From an uncultured candidate division Zixibacteria bacterium (GTDB taxonomy: Bacteria > Zixibacteria > MSB-5A5 > GN15 > FEB-12): DNA of 64,000 nucleotides. Of the stretch, positions 27,964 to 36,626 are shown piece after piece (position 1 is the stretch's first letter; each line of letters opens with the position of its first letter). The stretch is from contig CAVTJJ010000006.1 in NCBI GenBank assembly GCA_963735035.1, positions 576,001 to 640,000 on the forward strand, in the 5' to 3' direction. A program made the position numbers and the translations under genes. The notes under the pieces are model-generated. The model ran no database searches, was not told where the DNA came from, and saw only the letters and a list, made by a program, of their open reading frames with translations.

Positions 27964-29529
27964 CTATTTCAGCAGCACCATCTTCCTTGATTGCACCGCA
28001 TCCCCCGCTGTCAGTTTGTACAGATAGATACCAGAAGCCACCGCGTGACCGATTCTGTCCTTTCCATCCCACTCCACACGATACGTTCCACCCGACAATT
28101 CACGGTTCACCAGAACCCGCATCTCATTGCCAATGATATTGTAAATCGCCAGTCGAGCCGGGCTCTTTTCCGGCAAGCCAAACTCAATCTGGGTGCTCAC
28201 ATTGAACGGATTCGGATAGTTCTGCTTCAATACAAAGTCGGTTGGAAGAACCGGATCATAGTCATAGTCCACATCCAGAGAGCCGGACCAGCCCGAGTAT
28301 ATGAACACCAATCCTCGATGTAAGTGATCTTCGGCGCCAAAGGCAAAGTCATCTATCCCATCCCCGTTGAAATCGCCTATCCCGGTAGCAGAGCGTCCCA
28401 CCTCATACTGTATATCGGGGATATCTGAATTGTGTATACGCACATCTGGTAGGCTGTCGGCATCCGGTCCGCCCAGGAAGATTTCAACCCAACCGGTGCC
28501 GGAAAATGGAAGCGGATTTCCCCTGACTAGATCATCATATCCATCGTTGTTCACGTCTCCGGCACAAGCAACAGCATCCGCCCTTCCAAGTATCGCCAGG
28601 TCTGGCACTGTATCAAAAGCAGGTCCCCCAAAATAGATGAAGGCAGTTGAGTCGTCGGATGGATGCGTTCCGACATAAAGATCCTCATAACCGTCTCCGT
28701 TGAAGTCGAGACACGTCATCCGGTCACCCCAGGAATCATAATTAAGCGAATATGCGCCCGGTCTGGTAATGATCATACTTGGAATCGTGTCGAAAGACCC
28801 TCCCCCGAAATAAACGTAAACCTGTCCGTTCTGGTTGTACTGGGGAGCAGGCCGAAAATTCACTGCAAGGTCAATCTTGCCGTCACCGTTGAAGTCCCCC
28901 GGAATCATCTGTTCAGCAAACACAAAGCTCGGAAGGCTAAGACTCGCCGGAGGAGCAATCCTTCGATCAGGCATCGAGTCCGGTTCCGGCTGCAATTCAA
29001 AGAACAGAAAGGACTGGTAGTCACTCGCAGCGTAGATCAATTCGTCCAGGCCATTTCCGTCGATGTCGTGTCCCCATACTCCTTCCCCCCGAGGTTGATA
29101 CGTGTCGCTGCCTAACCAAATACCGATGATTCCATCATTGGTCGGACCACCCCAATATACTGCTGCGCGCCACATGCCACCTACTCCCGTCCCCGTAGAG
29201 AAGTCACGGAAGCCATCACCATTCAAGTCGCCAAGGTTAGACAGGTAGAAATACACCGAATCACCGATGACCAAATCGGGCACTGTATCGAGCGTCGGAC
29301 CGCCGTAGAAGAGCTTGGCGCGGTACACAGGAGGCTGAGGTATAGTCCCCCAATCATAAACGAGAATATCGTCGTACCCGTCACCATTCTGGTCCCCCAG
29401 AGGGATTATCTCCCAACCCAAAAGCGTGTTTGGTTCACCCCGTATGATGCCAATGAGGTTCGGCAACTGGGCGCTCGCTGCACTGGCACAGAGAAGAAAA
29501 CAGAGTGTGAGTAACGGTCGGAGTTTCAT
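27964..29529 (-). CDS. Secreted FG-GAP/VCBS-repeat protein with FlgD-Ig/T9SS-type C-terminal domain
   Basis: Signal peptide MKLRPLL..; repeated GD(Q/L/F/V)NGDG.DD motifs; LKQNYPNPFN..SRKMVLLK. Confidence 0.85.
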   Translation of the reverse strand: MKLRPLLTLCFLLCASAASAQLPNLIGIIRGEPNTLLGWEIIPLGDQNGDGYDDILVYDWGTIPQPPVYRAKLFYGGPTLDTVPDLVIGDSVYFYLSNLGDLNGDGFRDFSTGTGVGGMWRAAVYWGGPTNDGIIGIWLGSDTYQPRGEGVWGHDIDGNGLDELIYAASDYQSFLFFELQPEPDSMPDRRIAPPASLSLPSFVFAEQMIPGDFNGDGKIDLAVNFRPAPQYNQNGQVYVYFGGGSFDTIPSMIITRPGAYSLNYDSWGDRMTCLDFNGDGYEDLYVGTHPSDDSTAFIYFGGPAFDTVPDLAILGRADAVACAGDVNNDGYDDLVRGNPLPFSGTGWVEIFLGGPDADSLPDVRIHNSDIPDIQYEVGRSATGIGDFNGDGIDDFAFGAEDHLHRGLVFIYSGWSGSLDVDYDYDPVLPTDFVLKQNYPNPFNVSTQIEFGLPEKSPARLAIYNIIGNEMRVLVNRELSGGTYRVEWDGKDRIGHAVASGIYLYKLTAGDAVQSRKMVLLK

Positions 29530-29599
29530 TTCATAACCCCCGATACAATATAGCATTGACTGCGCAATTGTCCATTAGAAAAGCTGGGGGATATCCTTG

Positions 29600-29703
29600 C
29601 GGCAGGCACAGAGGCCTGCCGATCACAAATGCTGCCGAATTGAGTCGGGGGCAGGCTCTCCCGCCCACAAAACAATGTCAGGCGTCGAGTCCGCCTGACC
29701 TAC
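29600..29703. repeat. REP-like mosaic (29600-29625, 29636-29668, 29677-29703)
   Basis: The first unit nearly matches 1399-1424; the second matches the right part of 27619-27673; the third is a GTAG-footed GTCAGGCG..CGCCTGAC hairpin on the minus strand. Confidence 0.8.
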
Positions 29704-29716
29704 GAGCCCCCCAAAG

Positions 29717-29748
29717 AAAAAGGAGATCGACGAATCGATCTCCTTTTT
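29717..29748 (-). terminator. Intrinsic terminator of the RRM gene (symmetrical)
   Basis: AAAAAGGAGATCGA-CGAA-TCGATCTCCTTTTT. Confidence 0.8.
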
Positions 29749-29768
29749 GACTTTCAAAGCGATTAAGC

Positions 29769-30125
29769 TTAGTAGCCGCGTCCGCCGCCACCGAAGTTGC
29801 GACGTCCACCGCCGCCGCCGCTGCCGCCACCACCACGGTGACCGCCGCCGCCGCCGCTACGACCGCCGCCGCCACCACCTTCGGTGCGCGGGCGAGCTTC
29901 GTTGACGTTCAGCGTCCGGCCGTTCAATTCCTGACCGTTCAGGCCGCTGATGGCCGCAATCGCGGCACTCTTCTCGGGCATCTCGACAAAAGCAAACCCA
30001 CGGGACTCGCCGCTGAATTTGTCGCTGATGATTGCAGCACTAGTGACTTCGCCAAAAGCGGAAAAAGCCTGCCGCAATTGATCTTCTGTCGTGTCAAACG
30101 ACAGGTTACCCACGTAGATATTCAT
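29769..30125 (-). CDS. RRM RNA-binding protein with Gly/Arg-rich tail
   Basis: RNP2 IYVGNL, RNP1 RGFAFVEM, VNEARPR. Confidence 0.95.
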   Translation of the reverse strand: MNIYVGNLSFDTTEDQLRQAFSAFGEVTSAAIISDKFSGESRGFAFVEMPEKSAAIAAISGLNGQELNGRTLNVNEARPRTEGGGGGGRSGGGGGHRGGGGSGGGGGRRNFGGGGRGY

Positions 30126-30538
30126 TCTACTCTCCGATTTAGTTCGCCCGATTCCGTGTTTTGCGGTTTACCGAGACAAACTTGTTCTTGCGCATTATTG
30201 CGCGGCGGTCCCGAATTTCAGCCTATGGGAGGATCTGTCGAATGAAAACACAGTCTTGACCAAAGCGATAACCGAAACCAATTATTGACAGTCCAATATA
30301 TCGGATGATAAATCAGATGTCCATAGCCATTTATAACTATTTTCGTCCCCAGGAGTTTCAGGAATATGATGTTTTCGGGTCCAGAAACCCCGTTTCCGAC
30401 TCCATTGTTCTTCCCCAAAGCAGTGGCAAAAGTGCCACACCCCCGAGATAATTCATCGAAAAGGGCTGTATTTCCGCCCCTAAACCGTCATTCCGTCACT
30501 TCTTGCGATACCCGACCTGTTCATTCAGTTATCAACCC

Positions 30539-31003
30539 TCAAGTCGATTTCTTCAGAAGGGCAATCTGCCCGGCGTGATACAGGTTGTGCTGCACGATAC
30601 CGTGCAACGAAACATAGACGGTCGAAAACCCTTCCATAATGGGCTCGTCCAGACGGGCTTCATCCACTTGCCTGATCCTGGCGGCCAAGGCATCATACGC
30701 CGATTCCAGGGTGTCCAGAGTTGATCTCCAGGATCGTTCGTCCACTTTCAGAGGCATGGCGGGCCAGTCTTCTTCCGGTGGCAGGTCCCGACGCCCTTCA
30801 CCCACAAGACGGGCGCTTATTTGATTCATCCAAACGGTGACGTGTAGTACGATCTCCCAAATGGTGTGGGCTTCGGGGATGGGTCGGGATACCGCTTGTG
30901 ACGAGGTAAGGTCTTTCAACAATTCTACGAGGGCCGGCCCGTGCCAGGCGCCGCCATGGACCGAGCGGCAGAGTTGGTCGATTATTTTATCGCTCTCACG
31001 CAT
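30539..31003 (-). CDS. DinB family protein
   Basis: AWHGP, HTIWEIVLH, HNLYHAGQI; RBS AAGGAG before the ATG at 31003. Confidence 0.85.
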   Translation of the reverse strand: MRESDKIIDQLCRSVHGGAWHGPALVELLKDLTSSQAVSRPIPEAHTIWEIVLHVTVWMNQISARLVGEGRRDLPPEEDWPAMPLKVDERSWRSTLDTLESAYDALAARIRQVDEARLDEPIMEGFSTVYVSLHGIVQHNLYHAGQIALLKKST

Positions 31004-31089
31004 GATTCTCGCTCCTTCAATTGTTAGTCGCATAACAACGAAGCGCGGGGAGAAGTGCCAATCACATTTGCGTTGGAGAGGTGGTGGGC

Positions 31090-31902
31090 TCAGCCCATTA
31101 TGGCTTTGCGAAGGCGGACCTTGTCGCCGATTTCGCACATGAAAGCATGATCTTCGGGGGAGAGGGGGCCCTGATTCAAAGCGGCGACGTTTGCTTCAAG
31201 CTGCTTCAGATTCGTAGGCGCGTTCAGGCAAACGTGGACGTTGGGGTTCGAAAGCACGAAACGGTAGCACTCGCCCGCCGTGGGAAGACGTCCGTCTTTG
31301 GGCCAGCCTTTGGGGCGACGCAACAGGTAGGTCCAGCGGGTGGCAGTGTATCCCACGACGCCCGGGTGGTGGGCTTCAAGATGAGGGAAAATATCCTGCT
31401 CTGCACCCCGATGAGCGGCGTTATACCGGATCATGGTCACATCGGGCCAACCATCCTCGGCCAGTCTGCCGACAAACTTTCGATCATGGCACGAGAGCCC
31501 TATGAAGCGAACCTTGCCCTCCTGGCGAAACTTTATGAATTCCTCCCGGACTTCATCGGTCAGTTGCTTCTCCTTGTTCACTCCCAGGAACAGGAAGACA
31601 TCGATATACTCGCTGCCGATCTGACGCAGCCGCTTTTCCAGAGAACGGCGAAGATTGGGGTATCCCACGATCAGATTGTACGCCCCGGTCGATATGACTA
31701 ATTTCTGGCGCTCCGACGCTGGGAGTTCCCGAAGTGTCTTGGTTAGATGCGTGTCGAAGCCGTAGCCAAAGAAATAGTTGATTCCCCGGTCGAGGGCCGT
31801 CCGCACAACATTGCGTCCGGGACGGTAGGTCGCCGCGAAACCGAGACGATGTACCTGAAGGCCGGTTCGGCCCAAAGTGGTATGAGTGAAATCGGAAGTC
31901 AT
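31090..31902 (-). CDS. Aldo/keto reductase family protein
   Basis: LGRTGLQV, EYIDVF, EGKVRFIGLSCH, LSNPNV. Confidence 0.85.
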   Translation of the reverse strand: MTSDFTHTTLGRTGLQVHRLGFAATYRPGRNVVRTALDRGINYFFGYGFDTHLTKTLRELPASERQKLVISTGAYNLIVGYPNLRRSLEKRLRQIGSEYIDVFLFLGVNKEKQLTDEVREEFIKFRQEGKVRFIGLSCHDRKFVGRLAEDGWPDVTMIRYNAAHRGAEQDIFPHLEAHHPGVVGYTATRWTYLLRRPKGWPKDGRLPTAGECYRFVLSNPNVHVCLNAPTNLKQLEANVAALNQGPLSPEDHAFMCEIGDKVRLRKAIMG

Positions 31903-32121
31903 AATCGAACCACAAGTCTAATACATCGGTGCCCTCATTGCCAAGTCAAAAGTTTGCGAGTGTAAAAACAAGTCCTGTGGAAAATTTGCCGAATCACTAA
32001 GGGGGTTGTCTTTTTCTCATTCCGGATGCATATTGGAAAATGTCTTCGTTGATGTGGCAATGGCGCGATGCGGTGCGGACGGCGGAATGTCGACCGGGGC
32101 GCCGGAAAGGATAAATTCGTG

Positions 32122-33327
32122 TTGGCTGAAGTCAAGCAGCAGGTCAATCCAGATAAATGGCCGATTGCGCCGCATGTCAAGAACCTTGAGGCGTCTATAA
32201 TTCGTGAGATTCTGAAGGTCACGTCTCAACCGGGAATAATCTCATTCGCCGGGGGATTACCTGCCCCGGAACTATTCCCGCTGAAAGATCTCGCCCGGAT
32301 CTCCGCCGAAGTTATCGAGAAATACGGCTCGAATTGTCTTCAATATTCCCTTACGATGGGTATCGTGCAGCTTCGTGAGAAAATTGCCGAGATGGCCACC
32401 CGGGCCGGCTCGCCCACGAAGATCGAAAATCTACTGATCACGTCGGGGTCACAGCAAGGTATCGAGTTATTGGCGCGCGTGTTTGTAGACAAAGGCGATT
32501 ATATCATTACCGAGAATCCCACCTATGTCGGTGCGCTGCAGGCTTTCCAGTATTACCAGGCCCGATATGCCCCGGTGGAGATTGACGACGACGGCATGAT
32601 TGTCGATCAGGTCGAAGAGAAGATCAAGAAGTACAGCCCCAAGATGATCTATACCGTCTCGAATTTCCAGAACCCAACCGGTATTACGATGTCGCTCGAA
32701 CGACGCCGTCAACTGCTGGCTCTGGCCTCGCGTTACGGGATTCCGGTAATCGACGACAACCCCTACAGCGATATCCGCTTCTCGGGAGAGCCGGTGCGGA
32801 CTTTGAAGTCGATAGGTGGCGATGAGGTCATAGCGCTCAAGACGTTCTCCAAGACGCTGACTCCGGGACTTCGCATCGGCTGGATCAATGGTCCGGCGAG
32901 CATTGTTCGTCAGTTTGAAAAAGTGAAACAATGCACCGATCTTCACACGAGCACCTACGGGCAGTACATAATCTACGAATATATCCAACAGGGCCTGCTG
33001 GAGCCGCAGATCGAGCGTCTCCGACGCGACTATCTGGCCAAACGCGACACTATGATGAAGGCGATGGAAGAGAAGTTCCCTAAAGAAATCACCTGGACCA
33101 AGCCGGACGGCGGCTTGTTCCTGTGGGTCACGCTGCCTGAGCACATGTCGGCCAAAGCGCTGTTGCCCAAGGCTATCGAGCGCAAGGTGGCGTATGTATA
33201 TGGCGAGCCGTTCTTCCCCAATGGCGGCGGCGTGAACACGCTTCGAATGAACTTCTCGAACGCTTCTCTGGAAGGGATTGTCGAAGGAGTCGGCAGGCTA
33301 GGCAAGCTGTTCAAAGAGAATATGTAA
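32122..33327 (+). CDS. PLP-dependent class I aminotransferase, LysN/Aro8 (2-aminoadipate transaminase-like)
   Basis: SIIREILK, ISFAGGLP, FQNPTG, DDNPY, TFSKTLTPGLRIGW; start estimated from the RBS GAAAGGA. Confidence 0.85.
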   Translation: MAEVKQQVNPDKWPIAPHVKNLEASIIREILKVTSQPGIISFAGGLPAPELFPLKDLARISAEVIEKYGSNCLQYSLTMGIVQLREKIAEMATRAGSPTKIENLLITSGSQQGIELLARVFVDKGDYIITENPTYVGALQAFQYYQARYAPVEIDDDGMIVDQVEEKIKKYSPKMIYTVSNFQNPTGITMSLERRRQLLALASRYGIPVIDDNPYSDIRFSGEPVRTLKSIGGDEVIALKTFSKTLTPGLRIGWINGPASIVRQFEKVKQCTDLHTSTYGQYIIYEYIQQGLLEPQIERLRRDYLAKRDTMMKAMEEKFPKEITWTKPDGGLFLWVTLPEHMSAKALLPKAIERKVAYVYGEPFFPNGGGVNTLRMNFSNASLEGIVEGVGRLGKLFKENM

Positions 33328-33377
33328 GCGTGTGAAGACTTTGGCGGGCCGAAAGCTCAGTCCGCCTGAACTTGCTA

Positions 33378-33410
33378 AGCCGTGGCTTTCCAAGCTGCGG
33401 CTTTTTTCTT
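33378..33410 (+). terminator. Probable intrinsic terminator
   Basis: AGCCGTGGCTT-TCC-AAGCTGCGGCT followed by a T-tract. Confidence 0.6.
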
Positions 33411-33445
33411 GAATTTCGAGGGCGGTTTGGATTTATAGGATCGAT

Positions 33446-34288
33446 ATGATAGTCAATTTCCATAAATACCACGCGCTCTGGAACGACTTTGTCGTTCTCG
33501 ACCAATCCGCCAACCGACGGCTGACCCTGAGCCGCCTGCCCGCTTTGGCGCGAGCAGTCTGCGATCCCCGAACGGGGATTGGCGCCGATGGCATCCTTTG
33601 GCTTACGACCAGCCGCAAAGCCGAGAGGCGGATGCATGTTTTCAACGCCGATGGCAGTTGGGCCGAGAAGTCCGGCAACGGGCTCAGAATTACGGCCGTT
33701 CACCTTAAGGGGACCAATCCGTCACAGCGACATTTCGATATCGAAACCGCGACTTCCGTGGATCGCACCCGCATCCTCAAGAAGATCGAAGGCGGGTACA
33801 TAGTCCGGGCAGAGCTGGGTAAGCCGGTATTCGAAGTTGCCACTCTCCCAATGAAGTCGCGCAGCAAGTATGTCATTAACGGCTCGGTCAAGATCAGCAA
33901 GACCAAGATAACGATGACCTGTTTGTCGGTGGGGAATCCGCACGCCGTCATATTTGTCGAGAATTTCGATTTTGACTGGAAGACGCTGGGGGCCGAAATA
34001 GAAGTCGCCCGGAATTTTCCACGTGGCACTAATGTTGAATTCGTTCGCGTGATCAACCGCAGTCACATAAAGCTGGCGGAATGGGAGAGAGGTGCCGGCG
34101 CGACCGGGTCTTCGGGGACCGGGGCGGCCGGAGCGGTCTGTGCCGCGGTCGTGCTCGGCCTAACCGAGCGCAAGTGTCGGGTCGAGTTTGAAGCCGGTGA
34201 GCTCGAAATTGACTGGCGAGCCGATGACATTGTCGAATTGACCGGACCGGTTCAGTTCATCATGCGGGGCGAATTCGAATATCTCTGA
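33446..34288 (+). CDS. dapF: Diaminopimelate epimerase (DapF)-fold protein with a Ser/Ser active site
   Basis: KYH..NDF, GIGADG, FNADGS, GNPH, TNVEF and ERGAG motifs; Ser at both catalytic Cys positions. Confidence 0.75.
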   Translation: MIVNFHKYHALWNDFVVLDQSANRRLTLSRLPALARAVCDPRTGIGADGILWLTTSRKAERRMHVFNADGSWAEKSGNGLRITAVHLKGTNPSQRHFDIETATSVDRTRILKKIEGGYIVRAELGKPVFEVATLPMKSRSKYVINGSVKISKTKITMTCLSVGNPHAVIFVENFDFDWKTLGAEIEVARNFPRGTNVEFVRVINRSHIKLAEWERGAGATGSSGTGAAGAVCAAVVLGLTERKCRVEFEAGELEIDWRADDIVELTGPVQFIMRGEFEYL

Positions 34289-34350
34289 ACTTCCGAACGG
34301 CCAGGCGATAGCAACGGTTAGTCGCACGTCCCGTCGTATCATTCTATAAT

Positions 34351-34917
34351 ATGATCATAGTGCTCGATAATTACGACTCGTTTACCTATAACCTGGTACA
34401 GTATCTGGCCGAACTGGGAGCGGAATTGAAAGTCGTCCGAAACGATGAGATGTCGACCGCGGAGATATTGAACTTGAATCCATCCGGAATCGTGCTGTCG
34501 CCGGGGCCGGGGCGCCCCGAAGAAGCCGGCATTATGAATTCGCTCATACAGGAAGCGGCCGGAATCGTGCCAATGCTGGGCGTTTGTTTGGGATGTCAGG
34601 CCATGGCGCAGGTCTACGGCGGTCGAGTGGGGTATGCACCGAGCCTTATGCACGGGAAGACATCGGAGATCCAGCACGACGGATCGCAATTGTTTCGCGG
34701 AGTAGAATCACCGTTCACAGCTATGCGATATCATTCGCTGGCCGTGGAACGCGATTCACTTCTGGCGGAAGTAGTAGTAAACGCCTGGACCAACGACGGC
34801 GTGGTGATGGCTTTATCGCACCGGGAGCTTCCGCTCTACGGTGTTCAGTTCCACCCGGAGTCGATCCTGACTGATTCCGGCAAGACGATTCTCGCTAACT
34901 TCCTCGAAATTGTATAG
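34351..34917 (+). CDS. Anthranilate/aminodeoxychorismate synthase component II (TrpG/PabA)
   Basis: DNYDSFTYN, SPGPG, GVCLG, RYHS, QFHPES. Confidence 0.92.
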   Translation: MIIVLDNYDSFTYNLVQYLAELGAELKVVRNDEMSTAEILNLNPSGIVLSPGPGRPEEAGIMNSLIQEAAGIVPMLGVCLGCQAMAQVYGGRVGYAPSLMHGKTSEIQHDGSQLFRGVESPFTAMRYHSLAVERDSLLAEVVVNAWTNDGVVMALSHRELPLYGVQFHPESILTDSGKTILANFLEIV

Positions 34918-34997
34918 TCCAGGTTTGTGTCTGAGACAAAATATGGGCTGCCATTGACTATATTACCGGGCTTGGCGCAACCGTACGTTGACATATA

Positions 34998-36327
34998 ATG
35001 ATTGTTGAGTCACCACAGAAACCGGGTAGTTCCGAATCGAAAGGCTGGCTGGAGCGGATTCGGTCCGGTGCGACCGAGTATGCGGCGTCGGTGCGAATGT
35101 TCTCGCCCAATGCCCGGCTATATCTGATAGGTTCGTTCCTAATCGGATTCAACAATGCGGTCTTCGAATTGCTGCTGAATCTCTATCTGAAGCAGCTCGG
35201 TTATGTCGAAGGACAGATCGGGCTGGTGCAATCGAGCCGGGCGCTCGGTATGACTCTGGTGGCTATTCCGGCCGCGATGCTTCTGAGTCGGGTCAAGCTC
35301 AAACCGCTCCTGCTGACGTTCTGTGTCTTGCTGGCGATGTTTTCGTTCGGGTTGACGACCTGGACGCAACTGCAGTTCCTGCTCGGTTTCGGACTCCTGA
35401 CCGGGATGGCTTTCGCGTTCTTCCGGGTGGCAGGGGGGCCGTTCTACATGAGGAATTCCACCCCGGCCGAGCGGACTCATCTATTCTCGTTCTCATTTGG
35501 GGTACATCTTCTGGCGGGGATCATCGGATCGTGGGGCGCCGGACGACTGGTCAAGCTGCTGTCTGAGCAGACCGGTGACATAATTCTGGGATATCAGTAC
35601 ACCCTCTATGTAGGTTTGGCGGTAAGTCTGCTGGCCGTCATCCCGATGGGGTTGATCAAAGCGACCGAGCCGTCGTCGGATGAAAATCGAATCCATATCT
35701 CAATCGAGCAGTTCCGACGGCGGGGCGGATTCTACATGAAGCTCATGACAGTCAATCTACTGGTCGGGATCGGGGCCGGGCTGATAATTCCGTTCCTGAA
35801 CTTGTATTTCCGCGACCGTTTTGAACTTCCCCCGGAACAGATCGCTTTCTATTTCATGCTGCTGACTTTGGGAATGCTGGCCGGAACGCTGCTCGGACCG
35901 CTTGTCACACCGCGACTGGGTTTGGTGCGCACGATAGTCTCTGACCCAGTTGGCGTCGATTCCGTTCATGATTACGCTGGCTTACACGCATTCGCTCTAT
36001 CTGGCCGTGCCCGCATTCTTGCTGAGAGGGGCGCTGATGAACATGGGTGTCCCTATAAACAACAATTTCAGCATGGAGCTGTCCGAGAAGGGCGAACAGG
36101 GGTTGGTGAATGCCATCCTGATGATCTCCTGGACAGGGTCATGGATGTTTTCGGTGGCCGCGGGCGGGGAGATCATCCAGCATTACGGTTACACCGTGGT
36201 GCTGAACATTGCCGTAGTGCTGTATGTGGCGGCGTCGCTGGCGTACTATGCATTCTTCTCCAAGGTCGAGAAGCGCCACGCGGAGGGGGTTGGCTGGTAT
36301 ATCTCCGATGAGGCCCGCCAGGAATAG
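34998..36327 (+). pseudogene. MFS transporter with a single-base insertion near 35940; pseudogene or assembly error
   Basis: TM helices continue in a second frame (..RTIV|LTQLASIPF..) to the stop at 36327. Confidence 0.75.
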
Positions 36328-36456
36328 TCGCCCGGCAAAGTCGCTGTATTGGAACGGCTTGGGGAGGTCTGTCGGGGCGATATTAGTGTTTGCCAACGGT
36401 CATGTTTCGTGAGATATTAGCCTCCCTTGAAGGAGTGTTGAAGAAGTCCGCATCGT

Positions 36457-36578
36457 GTCATTGCGAGCGGAGCCGGCTCCCGTTAGGCGGGCCGCGTAGC
36501 GCGGCAATCTCAAAGTTGTAACTGTAGAGCAATTTGAGATCGCCACGGCCCCGATCAAGTCGGGGGCCTCGCGATGAC
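36457..36578. repeat. GTCA-family inverted repeat pair upstream of argS
   Basis: GTCATTGCGAG..GCGGCAATCTCAAA pairs with TTTGAGATCGCC..CTCGCGATGAC; nested small hairpins. Confidence 0.8.
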
Positions 36579-36626
36579 GTACTTGAAGTTTCTTCAGCCG
36601 GCATTTATAGATTGGTAGCAACATCG

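Noticed and set aside
29780..29880. GCC-rich tandem repeat
   Set aside because: It encodes the Gly-rich tail of the RRM protein.
34988..34999. TTGACATATAAT, consensus -35 and -10 hexamers
   Set aside because: There is no spacer between them, so they cannot act as a pair.
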